Numbered from the stretch's first letter, positions 50,593 to 61,094 are shown. The stretch: 64,000 bases of DNA from an uncultured Thermoleophilia bacterium (GCA_963832655.1 CAWHUW010000005.1:342359-406358); one strand, 5' to 3'. The notes: generated from the sequence alone by a model not told the origin. Numbers and translations are program-made.

Positions 50593-51857
50593 AGGTACTC
50601 AAGGAAGCCGCGAAGGCCGCCGCGAACGCGGGGGACGTGACCGACCTGGTCACAAGGCTCATCGCACAAGTCCGGGCCGGTGGCGATGCGTCGGTCCTGG
50701 AGCTGACGGAGGAGTTCGACGGCGTCGCTCTCGAGGCGCTCGAGGTGCCCCGGAAGGCGCTCAAGGACGCCTACGATCGAGTCGGGGCGGAGACCGTCGA
50801 GAGCCTGGGATTCGCGGCCGAACAGCTGCGCGCGTTCGCGGCGAAGCAACTCGACTGTTTCTCGCCGCTGCGCGTCGAGACGCTGCCGGGCATCACTCTC
50901 GGGCACAGACTCGTCCCGGTCAGATCCGTGGGGGCCTACGTACCCGCCGGCCGCTATCCCCTTCCCTCGACCGCGCTGCATTCGGTCATCCCGGCGAAGG
51001 TGGCGGGGGTGGCCCATGTCGCCGCGTGCTCGCCGCCTTCCAGAGGCTACGGCGGCGTCCACCCCGCCGTCCTCGTCGCCCTCGACATCGCCGGGGTGGA
51101 CCGGGTGTTCTGCATGGGCGGCGCGCAGGCGATCGCCGCGTACGCGTTCGGGACGGAGTCTGTGCCCGCCGTGGACATGGTCGTCGGTCCCGGCAACAAG
51201 TACGTGACCGAGGCGAAACGTCAGGTCTCGGGCCGCGTCGGGATCGACCTGCTGGCGGGGCCCAGCGAGGTCCTCATCATCGCCGACGACTCCGCTGATC
51301 CCCGGTGGGTGGCCGTCGACCTGCTCGCCGGGTGCGAACACGATCCCGACTCCATCGCCTGCCTGGTCACGACCAGCCCCGCCCTGGCGCAGGCCGCGCT
51401 CGACGCCATTCCCGTCGAGTGCCACACGCTTGGCACAGGCGAGATGGCGTTGCGGACCTGGGACGACAACGGGCGCATCATCCTGGCCGACTCCATGGAG
51501 GAGGCCGTCGCCGTTGCCGAGGACTTCGCCCCGGAGCACCTCCAGGTGATGACCCAGGACGACGACGCGGTCGTCGAGATGCTGACCAACTTCGGCTCGC
51601 TCTTCGTCGGGCCGTACGCCCCGGTGGCGTACGGCGACTACGTCTCGGGGACGAACCACACGCTCCCGACGATGCACTCCGCGAAGTTCATGAACGGCCT
51701 CTGGGTCGGCACGTTCCTGAAGACGTCGTCCATCCAGATGCTCACCGCCGAGGGGTCCGACCAACTCGCGAAGCACTGCGCGCATCTCGCCGGCGTCGAG
51801 GGTCTGCTCGCCCATCAGCGCTCAGCCGAGCTGCGCGTATGGCGGGCAAGAGCGTGA
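50589..51857 (+). CDS. Histidinol dehydrogenase family protein (HisD paralog)
   Basis: Motifs GAYVPAGRYPLPST, MGGAQAIAAYAFGTE, VGPGNKYVTEAKR, GPSEVLIIAD and GDYVSGTNHTLPT. The usual SQAEHD motif reads AGCEHD. Confidence 0.85.
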   Translation: MKVLKEAAKAAANAGDVTDLVTRLIAQVRAGGDASVLELTEEFDGVALEALEVPRKALKDAYDRVGAETVESLGFAAEQLRAFAAKQLDCFSPLRVETLPGITLGHRLVPVRSVGAYVPAGRYPLPSTALHSVIPAKVAGVAHVAACSPPSRGYGGVHPAVLVALDIAGVDRVFCMGGAQAIAAYAFGTESVPAVDMVVGPGNKYVTEAKRQVSGRVGIDLLAGPSEVLIIADDSADPRWVAVDLLAGCEHDPDSIACLVTTSPALAQAALDAIPVECHTLGTGEMALRTWDDNGRIILADSMEEAVAVAEDFAPEHLQVMTQDDDAVVEMLTNFGSLFVGPYAPVAYGDYVSGTNHTLPTMHSAKFMNGLWVGTFLKTSSIQMLTAEGSDQLAKHCAHLAGVEGLLAHQRSAELRVWRARA

Positions 51858-51932
51858 CGGCGAGCACGGTCTCGCCCCTGGGAACAGTGGTCGCCCGACG
51901 ACGTCATTCGACACCGAGGACGTCCGACGAGA

Positions 51933-52442
51933 TCACCCGACAGCAGACAGCCCGTCCTCGGCCGTGACGAGACCGAGGCACTCGACCGAGAGTCGTGGCA
52001 CGGTCGAGGTGACGAGCGAGACGATCGCTGCCAGCTCGCCTCCTTCGCGCTCCAGCAGGTTGCGCACGGCGGTCGAGAACTCCCATTTGTGGACCCTGTC
52101 GGCGACGAACACGCCTCGAGGGTTCGCCGGGAACGCGCCGGAGGCGCCGACGAGGCCTTCGAGGTTGAGGGCCCGCACGAGGGGGAGCGCGAGTTCGCGC
52201 GCGACGACGAACCCGAGGATGAGGTCGTTCGCGCCCTCGCCCACGACGACGAGGTTCGGGTGGACCGTCCGGGCCTTGTCGGCCAGGAGGATGCCGAGCC
52301 GGTCCACGCCGGCAGGGTCGAGCATGCCGTGGTATCTGCCCACCAGGACCGGTTCGCCCTTGCCCGCGCCCGTATCAGAGGCAGGTACCTCCACCGACAG
52401 ACCGCCCCGGCGGAGCATCGCCCAGATCTCTTGACTCGTCAC
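51933..52442 (-). CDS. Phosphoribosyltransferase-fold protein with a degenerate PRPP-binding motif
   Basis: GTG 52442 is preceded by GGGAGGA. The layout resembles type I PRTases (LILGFVVARELALPLVRA ... RGVFVADRVHKWEFSTAVRNLLEREGGELAAIVSLV), but the acidic/TTG PRPP loop is not conserved. Confidence 0.4.
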   Translation of the reverse strand: MTSQEIWAMLRRGGLSVEVPASDTGAGKGEPVLVGRYHGMLDPAGVDRLGILLADKARTVHPNLVVVGEGANDLILGFVVARELALPLVRALNLEGLVGASGAFPANPRGVFVADRVHKWEFSTAVRNLLEREGGELAAIVSLVTSTVPRLSVECLGLVTAEDGLSAVG

Positions 52443-52669
52443 GTTGTCCTCCCGCCTAGATGAGACGAAGACGCCGGGGTGGTGCCCCTCGCAGCCGAGC
52501 CGAGGTGACACAACGGCGTGTTAACTGTTCGTTCTCGAGCCCACGCAACCTTGGTTATGCCCAGCGGGACTGATCGTCATGACCGGTGGCCCCCACCCCG
52601 GGGCGGCCGTCGGCCTCGTGCTCGTCGATGCCCCCGGGACACGGGCGTCGCAGCCGGTCGTCCGACGAC

Positions 52670-54055
52670 CTATGACACCGCCCGCCTGACGAACTGCCCG
52701 CGCGCCTCTCCCAGCGGCTCGCGGTCGGTCATGACGACCGAGCCGCGCAGGAGCGAGACGACGGGGGAGCCACGCAGCTCCATGCCTTCCAGCGGAGTGT
52801 GGCGCTGCACGCTGTGCAGCCGGTCGCCGCGGACCGTCCACTGCACGGACGGGTCCACGAGGGTCATGTCGGCGTCCGCACCCGGCTGGATCACGCCCTT
52901 GCGCGGGTACAGCCCGTAGAGACGGGCCGTGCCCTCGCTCAGCACCCAGCTCAGGCGCTCCGGCGTGATCCGTCCGGCGCACATGCGATCGATCATGAGC
53001 GGCGCCATCACCTCGACCGCCACCATGCCCGCCGGAGCAGTCGCGAACGGCTTGGACTTGTCGGCGAGCGTGTGGGGAGCGTGATCCGATCCGAGCGACG
53101 CGATCGTCCCGTCCCTGACCCCCCGCCAGAGCGCCTCGCGGTCGGCATCCTCCCGTACGGGGGGGAACGCCTTCATGGCGGAGTCGCGACCCTCGCAGTC
53201 ACCGGCCACGAAGAGCAGGTAGTGAGGGCAGGTCTCGGCCGTGACCGTCACGCCGTCGCTCTGCGCCAGCTGCACGAGGTGCGTGGCGCGCGCCGAGCTG
53301 ATGTGACACACGTGGAAGTGCGCGCCCGTCGCTCGCGCCAGCTCGATGCCGAGGGCGACGGAGCCGGCCTCCGCCACGTCGGGCCGGGCCGCCGCCAGCT
53401 CGGCATACCGCTCTGGCGCGTGGCCGAGCTGCCTCTGGGCGACGTCCAGGATGTCGCGGTCCTCACAGTGCGCCGCGAGGATCCCGTCCGCGCGGGCGAT
53501 CTCCTGGAGGATCTGCATGACCTCGCCGGTCGTGGCCGGCGGGATCACGTCGTCGCTGTCACCCGTGTTGTAGACGAGGCGCTTCGACTGCCGGTCCAGG
53601 GCGTAGCCCCAGAACAGCTTCATCGCCACGGCTCCCTCAGCGAAGAGACCCATGATGTCGCCGAGATTCTCCAGGCCGAGCGACAGCGCCCAGAGGCCGA
53701 AATCGACGAAGGCGACCCTCCCGTGTTCCTCGGCCCGCTCGCGGAACGAAGCCACGTCGGTCACGGGAGGGACGGCGTTCGGCATGACCAGGATCGTCGT
53801 GACACCGCCGGCCGCGGCCGCACGCGTCGCGTGCGCGAAGTCCTCTTTGTGCGTGTCGCCGGGGTCGCGCGCATGAAGGTGGGGATCGATGAAGCCGGGG
53901 AAGACGAGCAGGCCCGACGCGTCGAGCCGCTCGTCCGCCTTGGCCGCTTCGCCGGCGTCGAGGAGGGCGACGATGCGCTCGTCCTCGCACAGGACGTCCG
54001 CCCTGCGCTGTCCGTCCGGCGACACGACCGTTCCGCCTTGGACCAGGAGTCTCAT
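52670..54055 (-). CDS. Cyclic amidohydrolase (dihydroorotase/allantoinase/dihydropyrimidinase family)
   Basis: Motifs PGFIDPHLHARDPG, AMKLF (carbamylated Lys context), AAHCED, HVCHISS and LGSDHAPH. ATG 54055 has a GGAGG RBS. Confidence 0.85.
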   Translation of the reverse strand: MRLLVQGGTVVSPDGQRRADVLCEDERIVALLDAGEAAKADERLDASGLLVFPGFIDPHLHARDPGDTHKEDFAHATRAAAAGGVTTILVMPNAVPPVTDVASFRERAEEHGRVAFVDFGLWALSLGLENLGDIMGLFAEGAVAMKLFWGYALDRQSKRLVYNTGDSDDVIPPATTGEVMQILQEIARADGILAAHCEDRDILDVAQRQLGHAPERYAELAAARPDVAEAGSVALGIELARATGAHFHVCHISSARATHLVQLAQSDGVTVTAETCPHYLLFVAGDCEGRDSAMKAFPPVREDADREALWRGVRDGTIASLGSDHAPHTLADKSKPFATAPAGMVAVEVMAPLMIDRMCAGRITPERLSWVLSEGTARLYGLYPRKGVIQPGADADMTLVDPSVQWTVRGDRLHSVQRHTPLEGMELRGSPVVSLLRGSVVMTDREPLGEARGQFVRRAVS

Positions 54056-54294
54056 CCGCCGCCTCCGTCTCGAGCAGGGACCGCCAACGAGCGGGTACTC
54101 GCCGCTGCGAGAGACCCGCGTCATCTCACCTTCGTCGTTGCCACGGCTCAGCGAGCGGCGGCGTCTCCAGCATACTGCGCGCACGCCGCGGCCGGCTCGC
54201 GTACCCCGCGCCGGAGTGGCGGAGCCGGAGCTTCCCTCCGCCGAGGCGCGCGACGTCCCCCGGCGCAGCCGCTTTGGCCATCAGCGGCGCGAGG

Positions 54295-55878
54295 TTAGAG
54301 GACGGGCCCGGCTTCCGCGACCTCGCGCGGCACGCGGCCGTCGTACTGCGCGAAGTTGGCCCGGAACTCCTGGGCCAGCTTCGCGGCGGCGGCGTCGTAT
54401 GCTGCCGGATCATGCCACCCCTCCCGGGGATCGAGCTTGCGGGGCGCCACGCCCCGACAGCCGACGGGCACCAGGACCTTGAAGACCGGGTGAGGCGCGC
54501 ATTGCACGTCGTCGAGGGCGCCGTCCAGCGCAGCCTGGAGCAGGCGCCGGGTGAAGGCGATGCTCATCCGCGCGCCGACGCCGTAGGGACCGCCGCTCCA
54601 GCCGGTGTTGACGAGCCAGCAGCGCACATCCCCCGAGGCGAGCCGTTCACGCAGCATGGACGCATACACGACAGGGTCCCGCGGCATGAAGGGGGCTCCG
54701 AAGCACGTCGAGAAGGTCGGCTGCGGCTCCTTCACGCCGGTCTCGGTGCCCGCGACCTTCGACGTGAACCCCGAGAGGAAGTGGTAGCTCGCCATCTCGG
54801 CGGTGAGCTTCGAGATGGGCGGCATGACGCCCATGGCGTCGCACGTGAGGAAGAAGATGTTGCGCGGCAGCCCCGCGGTGCCATCCGTCACCGCGTCCGG
54901 GATATGCTGCACCGGGTACGTGGCGCGCGTGTTCTCGGTCACCGAGTCGTCGGCCCAGTAGACCGACCTCGTCAGCGGATCGACGACCACGTTCTCGAGG
55001 ACGGAGCCGAAGCGGAGCGCCTGGTAGATCTGCGGCTCGGCCTTCGACGACAACCTGATGACCTTTGCGTAGCATCCCCCCTCGAAGTTGAAGATGCCGT
55101 ACTGGCTCCAGCCGTGCTCGTCGTCCCCTACCAGGCGGCGGTGCGGGTCGGCCGAGAGAGTGGTCTTCCCCGTCCCGGACAGCCCGAAGTAGAGCGCCAC
55201 GTCGCCCTTGCGGCCCACGTTCGCCGAGCAGTGCAGCGGAAGGACGCCCCGGGGCGGCAGCAGGTAGTTCATGATCGTGAAGACCGCCTTCTTCATCTCG
55301 CCCGCGTACATCGTCCCGAAGATCAGGACCATGCGACGGCTGAACGAGATGCCGATGAACACCGCCGAGCGCGTACCGTCGACGTCCGGGTCGGCGTGAA
55401 GGGCGCCGCAATCGACGATCGTGAACCCGGGCACGAAGCCTTCCTGCTCGATCGGGATGGGCTGCAGAAAGAGCGTCTGGGCGAAGAGGGCGTGCCACGC
55501 GGTGTCCGCGACCACCCTGATGGGCAGACGATACGCCTTGTCGGCGCCGGCATAGCCGTCGAACACAAACACCTCGCGACTGTGAAGGTACGTGCTCGCC
55601 TTGCGCAGCATGTGGTCGAAGAGCTCGGGTGTGCACTGCTGGTTCACATCGCTCCAGGCGACGTCGTCCGCGGCGGGCTCGTCCACGATGTACCGGTCGG
55701 CCGGCGAACGGCCCGTGCGCGCTCCGGTCTGTACGACGAGCGCGCCGTTGGCGGCCAGGATGCCCTCTTGCCGGGCGAGAGAGCGCGCCGTGAGCTCGGC
55801 CGCCGGCAGGTTGCGGTGCACGCTGCCCACGGTGAGGCCGATGTTCTCCAGCTGCGCGCGGGCCTGCACGTTCTGCAT
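54295..55878 (-). CDS. pckA: Phosphoenolpyruvate carboxykinase (ATP)
   Basis: Motifs TGRSPADRYIV, FGLSGTGKTTLS, LVGDDEHGW and NTGWSGG. ATG 55878 has a GGAGGG RBS. Confidence 0.9.
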   Translation of the reverse strand: MQNVQARAQLENIGLTVGSVHRNLPAAELTARSLARQEGILAANGALVVQTGARTGRSPADRYIVDEPAADDVAWSDVNQQCTPELFDHMLRKASTYLHSREVFVFDGYAGADKAYRLPIRVVADTAWHALFAQTLFLQPIPIEQEGFVPGFTIVDCGALHADPDVDGTRSAVFIGISFSRRMVLIFGTMYAGEMKKAVFTIMNYLLPPRGVLPLHCSANVGRKGDVALYFGLSGTGKTTLSADPHRRLVGDDEHGWSQYGIFNFEGGCYAKVIRLSSKAEPQIYQALRFGSVLENVVVDPLTRSVYWADDSVTENTRATYPVQHIPDAVTDGTAGLPRNIFFLTCDAMGVMPPISKLTAEMASYHFLSGFTSKVAGTETGVKEPQPTFSTCFGAPFMPRDPVVYASMLRERLASGDVRCWLVNTGWSGGPYGVGARMSIAFTRRLLQAALDGALDDVQCAPHPVFKVLVPVGCRGVAPRKLDPREGWHDPAAYDAAAAKLAQEFRANFAQYDGRVPREVAEAGPVL

Positions 55879-55908
55879 GACGCCCTCCGCTGTCGTCGGG
55901 ACCGGGGT

Positions 55909-56883
<975 letters not shown>

Positions 56884-57048
56884 CGGAATGCCTCCTCCAC
56901 TCATTGGAAGTACGGTGGGGCATCATCCCACACTAGCTATATGTATAGCAACGTCTCGCGCATGACCACACTGGCTATTGTCTTCGAACAGATCGGGGAC
57001 GTCCACGAACGCGAGTACTCCTGGTTCGGTCTGCGGAAGCTGACGCGC

Positions 57049-57098
57049 GCGGGTCCGCCTCGCGGTGCGCCGAAACCGGCGCCGCGAGGCGGACCCGC
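57049..57098 (-). terminator. Long GC-rich hairpin after the MtmB-like gene (candidate terminator without a U-tract)
   Basis: 17-bp perfect inverted repeat GCGGGTCCGCCTCGCGG ... CCGCGAGGCGGACCCGC. Further pairing is possible in the 16-nt spacer. It lies 26 nt downstream of stop 57124. Confidence 0.5.
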
Positions 57099-57123
57099 AG
57101 CTTGCGCCGTGGATCAGACGCTT

Positions 57124-58515
57124 CTACAGCACCGAGTAGTCGATGCCGAGCTTCTGGATCTCTTCCTTCTTCTTGCGGTACATGTCGACGTAGAAGTCCA
57201 GGGGCTTCACGCGATCGAGGTCGTAGAGCTCGCTGAACGTCTTGCCGAGCGGGGCGTTCGGGATATCGCCACCGTACCTGGCAAGGATCTCCTTCACCAC
57301 CGTGTTGGCCTGGGCGCGGGTCATGCCCGACTTGGCGACGGCGTGGCACGTCTCGGCGCCGAGCCTCAGCTCCAGTGTCCCGATGTGCTCGGGGTTCTTG
57401 TCGCGGGCGATGCCGCCCTGGACGCTGTGCGCACCCGAGACCGTGTGCGCGATGGCGCCGTTGACCATCTCGTAGAACAGCATGTCGGTGGCCGGTCCGC
57501 CGGCGGCCATGGTGGTGCAGACGTTGAGCATGTTGCTGTTGCGGGCGATGGCCTGGCAGTACACGCTGACCAGCCAGAGCATCGGCAGAGTCGTGCTGCA
57601 GGTCTCACGGATGTCGATAGGGAAGCAGATGTGGTACTCGACATCGAAGGCGAGCAGCCCGAGGAAGAAGTGGGCGATCTGGACCAGCATCGTCCCTTCC
57701 GGGCCGCCGGCGTACCCGCCCATGAGCGGTCCGTAGAGCCCGGCCAACCCGAATCCGCACTCGCGCTGGAAGGCGACCTTGCTCATCCGCTCGTAATCGA
57801 CCTTGAGCTCGGCGATGGCGCCGTTCTGCGTGACGTCTCTGCGCAGCGCGCCGAAGGCCGGGTGGACGGACGCGATGATCGAGGCTGTGCTCTCGCCGAC
57901 CGACACGTGGGCGTAGAGCCCCAGCCCAGGCCGCCCCGCCAGCCGCGCCGCCTCACGGCGCTTGGTGATGTCCCACATGCACGCGGCGACCTCGACCGGA
58001 TGCCCGGACTTGATCGGGATGCCGCGGAACGTGTCATGAAGGGACACGCAGCAGAAGGCGTCCGCATACTGCTCCTGCGCCTGCGCCAAGCAGACTTTCG
58101 GGAACAGGTCCTGCTTCACCGGGACGCCGAGGTGAGAGAAGATGCAGGTCGGCGGCTTGGGGTCCTCGACCATCCGGGGACCCATGGTGTGCTGGTCGCG
58201 ACCCTCGCCGAAGACGTACTGCTTCTTCGCGTGCCGCACCGCCTCCTCGACCTCCTCGCGCGTGAAGCGCACGGCGCGCTGCGTGCTCGTGCAGTAGAAG
58301 CCGGTGGCTACGAACAACTCCAGGGCCGCCTGGTACGCACGGTCGGCGAGGCCGTCGTCGCTCGGCACGGCCGTCTCTCCATCGAAGTGGATGTCGTACT
58401 TCTCGATCAGCGCGCGCACGTTCTGATAGAGCATGGCGTCGAAGTCCGACTCCTTCATGCGCTCGCCGTGCGAGGTTCGCTCAACCACATCCCAGAAGGT
58501 GACCACTTCCTCCAC
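57124..58515 (-). CDS. Monomethylamine methyltransferase (MtmB) family protein lacking pyrrolysine
   Basis: Colinear with my recollection of Methanosarcina MtmB over the full length: GFYCTSTQR vs GIYCTDTHR, LAGRPGLGLY vs MAGRPGMGV-Pyl, PLMGGYAGGPEGT vs PIFGGYAGGIEET, GKTFSELYD vs GKTFQECYD. The 463-codon ORF has no internal stop. GTG 58515 or GTG 58506 is the start. Confidence 0.8.
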   Translation of the reverse strand: MEEVVTFWDVVERTSHGERMKESDFDAMLYQNVRALIEKYDIHFDGETAVPSDDGLADRAYQAALELFVATGFYCTSTQRAVRFTREEVEEAVRHAKKQYVFGEGRDQHTMGPRMVEDPKPPTCIFSHLGVPVKQDLFPKVCLAQAQEQYADAFCCVSLHDTFRGIPIKSGHPVEVAACMWDITKRREAARLAGRPGLGLYAHVSVGESTASIIASVHPAFGALRRDVTQNGAIAELKVDYERMSKVAFQRECGFGLAGLYGPLMGGYAGGPEGTMLVQIAHFFLGLLAFDVEYHICFPIDIRETCSTTLPMLWLVSVYCQAIARNSNMLNVCTTMAAGGPATDMLFYEMVNGAIAHTVSGAHSVQGGIARDKNPEHIGTLELRLGAETCHAVAKSGMTRAQANTVVKEILARYGGDIPNAPLGKTFSELYDLDRVKPLDFYVDMYRKKKEEIQKLGIDYSVL

Positions 58516-58605
58516 TCCTTTCGTCAGTGCGAGACCGGACCGTGCCCGCGGCTACTGCGGACGACGTGATGATCCGGGGTCGCAGCAAAGCTGACTCGGA
58601 CCTCG

Positions 58606-59277
58606 TCAACCGACCAGGTTCTTGGCGACCTCGATCGCAGCGAAGGCGTCCTTCGCGTACCCGTCGGCGCCGATCTCGCGGGCCCAGTCCTCCGTGACCG
58701 GGGCTCCCCCGACCATGACCTTGAAGTCCTTGCGCAGACCGGCCTCGGAGAGCTCCTCGATGAGCTCCTTCATGTACATCATCGTCGTCGTCATCAGCGC
58801 CGAGACGCCGATGATGTCCGTCTTCTCGTCCTCCGCCTCCTTGATGATGGTGGCGACCTTCACATCCCTGCCGAGGTCGACGACGTCGAAGCCGGCCGTC
58901 GACAGCAGGATCCTGAGGATGTTCTTGCCGATGTCGTGAACGTCACCCTGAACGGTGGCGACGATCACCTTGCCCGGGCGGTTCTCGGCGGCCTTGTCGG
59001 CCGGCATCGCCTCCTCGAGAACGGCGATGCCGGCCTTCATCGCCTCCGCCGCAAGCATCATGTCGGGGAGGAAGAGGCTTCCGTCCTCGAAGCCCTTGCC
59101 CACGACCTGCATGCCTGGAGCGAATCCCTCCTGGATGGCCTTCAGGGGCTCTACGCCCGACTCCAGCGCTTTCTTCGCGAGGTCGACGCACGCTTCTTTG
59201 TCCCCTCGGACCACCGCATCCTTCATCTCGTTGAAATCCGTCACCGCCACGACACCTCCATTCGACTCCTTGCCCAC
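58606..59277 (-). CDS. Cobalamin-binding corrinoid protein (MtmC/MtbC/MttC-like)
   Basis: B12-binding cap domain plus the DxHxxG motif (GDVHDIGKN), SALMTTT and GGAP. GTG 59250, 4 nt after GGAGG, is an alternative start. Confidence 0.85.
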   Translation of the reverse strand: MGKESNGGVVAVTDFNEMKDAVVRGDKEACVDLAKKALESGVEPLKAIQEGFAPGMQVVGKGFEDGSLFLPDMMLAAEAMKAGIAVLEEAMPADKAAENRPGKVIVATVQGDVHDIGKNILRILLSTAGFDVVDLGRDVKVATIIKEAEDEKTDIIGVSALMTTTMMYMKELIEELSEAGLRKDFKVMVGGAPVTEDWAREIGADGYAKDAFAAIEVAKNLVG

Positions 59278-59447
59278 GAAGCGCGGCCCCTGCGACGGAG
59301 ATCCAGGCAGGTGACCGGCTGGGACTGGCTCAGATGGCCGTTCTGGGCCGGACGTCGTCAGAGCGTCCGGCGAGCCTCACTGTCGAGCAGAATGCACTTC
59401 CCGCGACCTTCACCCCCCTCTGGTCTCACCATGCCGGTGCAGGACGC

Positions 59448-60152
59448 CTACGTGCCGGCGTCCGCAGTCTCGATGAGCGTCGCGTAGCGAGGGTGATCGT
59501 TGCCGGAGTCGCCCGCGCCCGCCGCGTTGTGCCAGACCCAGACCGCCCGGGCGGGGACATCGCCGGCGTTCCAGAACCGGTGGGGGGCGCTGGAGTCGAA
59601 CGCGATCGAGTCGCCGACCTCGAGGTCGAACTCGGCGAAGCCGATGGCGCCCCCCAGCCGCCCCTCCAGGACCAGGCCGTACTCCCAACCGTTGCGGCGA
59701 AAGAAGTCGTCGCCGTCGTGACCGCCGACCTCGTAGACGTACTCGACGAACTCGAATCCGTCCTCGATCGCGGGGATGAGCATCTCCCACTTGACTCCGC
59801 CCGGCAGGGAGATGCCGCGGCGGTCGGCAGACCGCACGATGCGGCCCGGCCACGGTCCGATGTCCGCCGTGTTCAGCGATGGTGTATCGGATGTCGCGGC
59901 GGCGAGGAGGTCGTCGAGGGACAGACCCAGCTCTCTGACCATGCTGAAGAGCGTGTGCACGGACGGGCTGGTCACGCCGCGTTCCACCTGCGAGATGTGG
60001 CTGGGCGAGCATCCCAGCCTGCCGGCCATCTCGCGCACGCCGATGCCTGAGGCCTCGCGCGCGCGGCGAAGGACTCGGCCGAGGGCCTCCAGGGGTATGT
60101 CGTGCGCGGACTCGGCGCTCGCGGTCTGTGGCTGTTCACTCACAGTGCACAT
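59448..60152 (-). CDS. XRE family transcriptional regulator with a C-terminal cupin domain
   Basis: HTH segment GVREMAGRLGCSPSHISQVERG. Cupin-like C-terminal half (GDSIAFDSSAPHRFWN). Confidence 0.8.
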   Translation of the reverse strand: MCTVSEQPQTASAESAHDIPLEALGRVLRRAREASGIGVREMAGRLGCSPSHISQVERGVTSPSVHTLFSMVRELGLSLDDLLAAATSDTPSLNTADIGPWPGRIVRSADRRGISLPGGVKWEMLIPAIEDGFEFVEYVYEVGGHDGDDFFRRNGWEYGLVLEGRLGGAIGFAEFDLEVGDSIAFDSSAPHRFWNAGDVPARAVWVWHNAAGAGDSGNDHPRYATLIETADAGT

Positions 60153-60233
60153 CCTGCGCCGAACGTCCGCATATCGTCAAGTACTGAAGAACGGTGACCG
60201 GTGACGCGGCGAAGAGGCGCCGGTCGTGAAGGC

Positions 60234-61094
60234 TCAGACGAGCGCGGCGAGCAGACTCACTCCGACGATGGTGCAGGCCAGCCCCACCCACTGATGGCGG
60301 CGAGGGCGCTCGTGGAGCAGGACGAAGCCGAGGATCACGGCGAACGTGCCGAACTGGGTGCTCGTGACGCTGGCGACGGTGGTCGGGCCGAGGGCGAGGG
60401 CGTTCGTCAGCAGCACGAGGCCGCAGAGCTCGAGCGCGCCGGCTCCTACGGCCTCGACGCGCAGGCCTTTGGGCAGCGCCAGGCCGCCGGTAAGAAGCGC
60501 CGCCGGCAAGGCGATACACAGGGACACCGAGCGCGAGATCGCGGTCTGCGACAGCCAGGAGATGTCGCCCGCGTTGCCGTAGAGCACCATGACGCAGGCG
60601 AAGAGGACGCCGGACGCGAACGCCCACGCCGCGCCCCGCGTCGCGCGGCCGCGACGCCCGTCGGCGGCATCGGGCCTGCCCCACTCCTCGAGCGACGTGA
60701 GGACCGCGCCAAACGCGCAGAGGGCGAGCGCTCCCCCGAGGGCGGGCGTGACCGGCGCGCCGAGCAGCACGAACGCCACCGTCGCGTAGGCGCCCATGAG
60801 CGAGTTGAGGGCCGAGATGAGGCCCAGGTCGCCGACCTGCAGGCCCCGCAGGAGGCAGAAGAAGGCGCCGAAGTAGGCGACGCCGCCGAGCGCAGCCAGG
60901 GCGGCTCCGCGCCACTCGGCGCCCTGCGGGAGACCGTCGACGAGCAGCGCGACCGGCAGGATGATGACGACCCCGGTGATGAGGACCCAGGCGACCTGCG
61001 AGAGCGGCCGCGTCCTGCGGGTGACGCGCTGCGAGATGAGGTCGCTGAGCGCGTACGAGAACGCCGAGGAAAGGCCGGCGAGGATGGTCAGCAT
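60234..61094 (-). CDS. DMT superfamily (EamA-like) transporter
   Basis: Ten-helix hydrophobic translation with duplicated EamA-type halves. Confidence 0.75.
   Translation of the reverse strand: MLTILAGLSSAFSYALSDLISQRVTRRTRPLSQVAWVLITGVVIILPVALLVDGLPQGAEWRGAALAALGGVAYFGAFFCLLRGLQVGDLGLISALNSLMGAYATVAFVLLGAPVTPALGGALALCAFGAVLTSLEEWGRPDAADGRRGRATRGAAWAFASGVLFACVMVLYGNAGDISWLSQTAISRSVSLCIALPAALLTGGLALPKGLRVEAVGAGALELCGLVLLTNALALGPTTVASVTSTQFGTFAVILGFVLLHERPRRHQWVGLACTIVGVSLLAALV

Noticed and set aside
59278-59447. Cobalamin riboswitch upstream of the corrinoid protein gene, suggested by fragments such as GGGAAG and GCCAUCUG.
   Set aside because: There is no intact B12 box (GCCACUG) and no conserved core arrangement. 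The region also contains the 3' flank of the regulator gene. The resemblance is limited to short GC-rich strings expected by chance.
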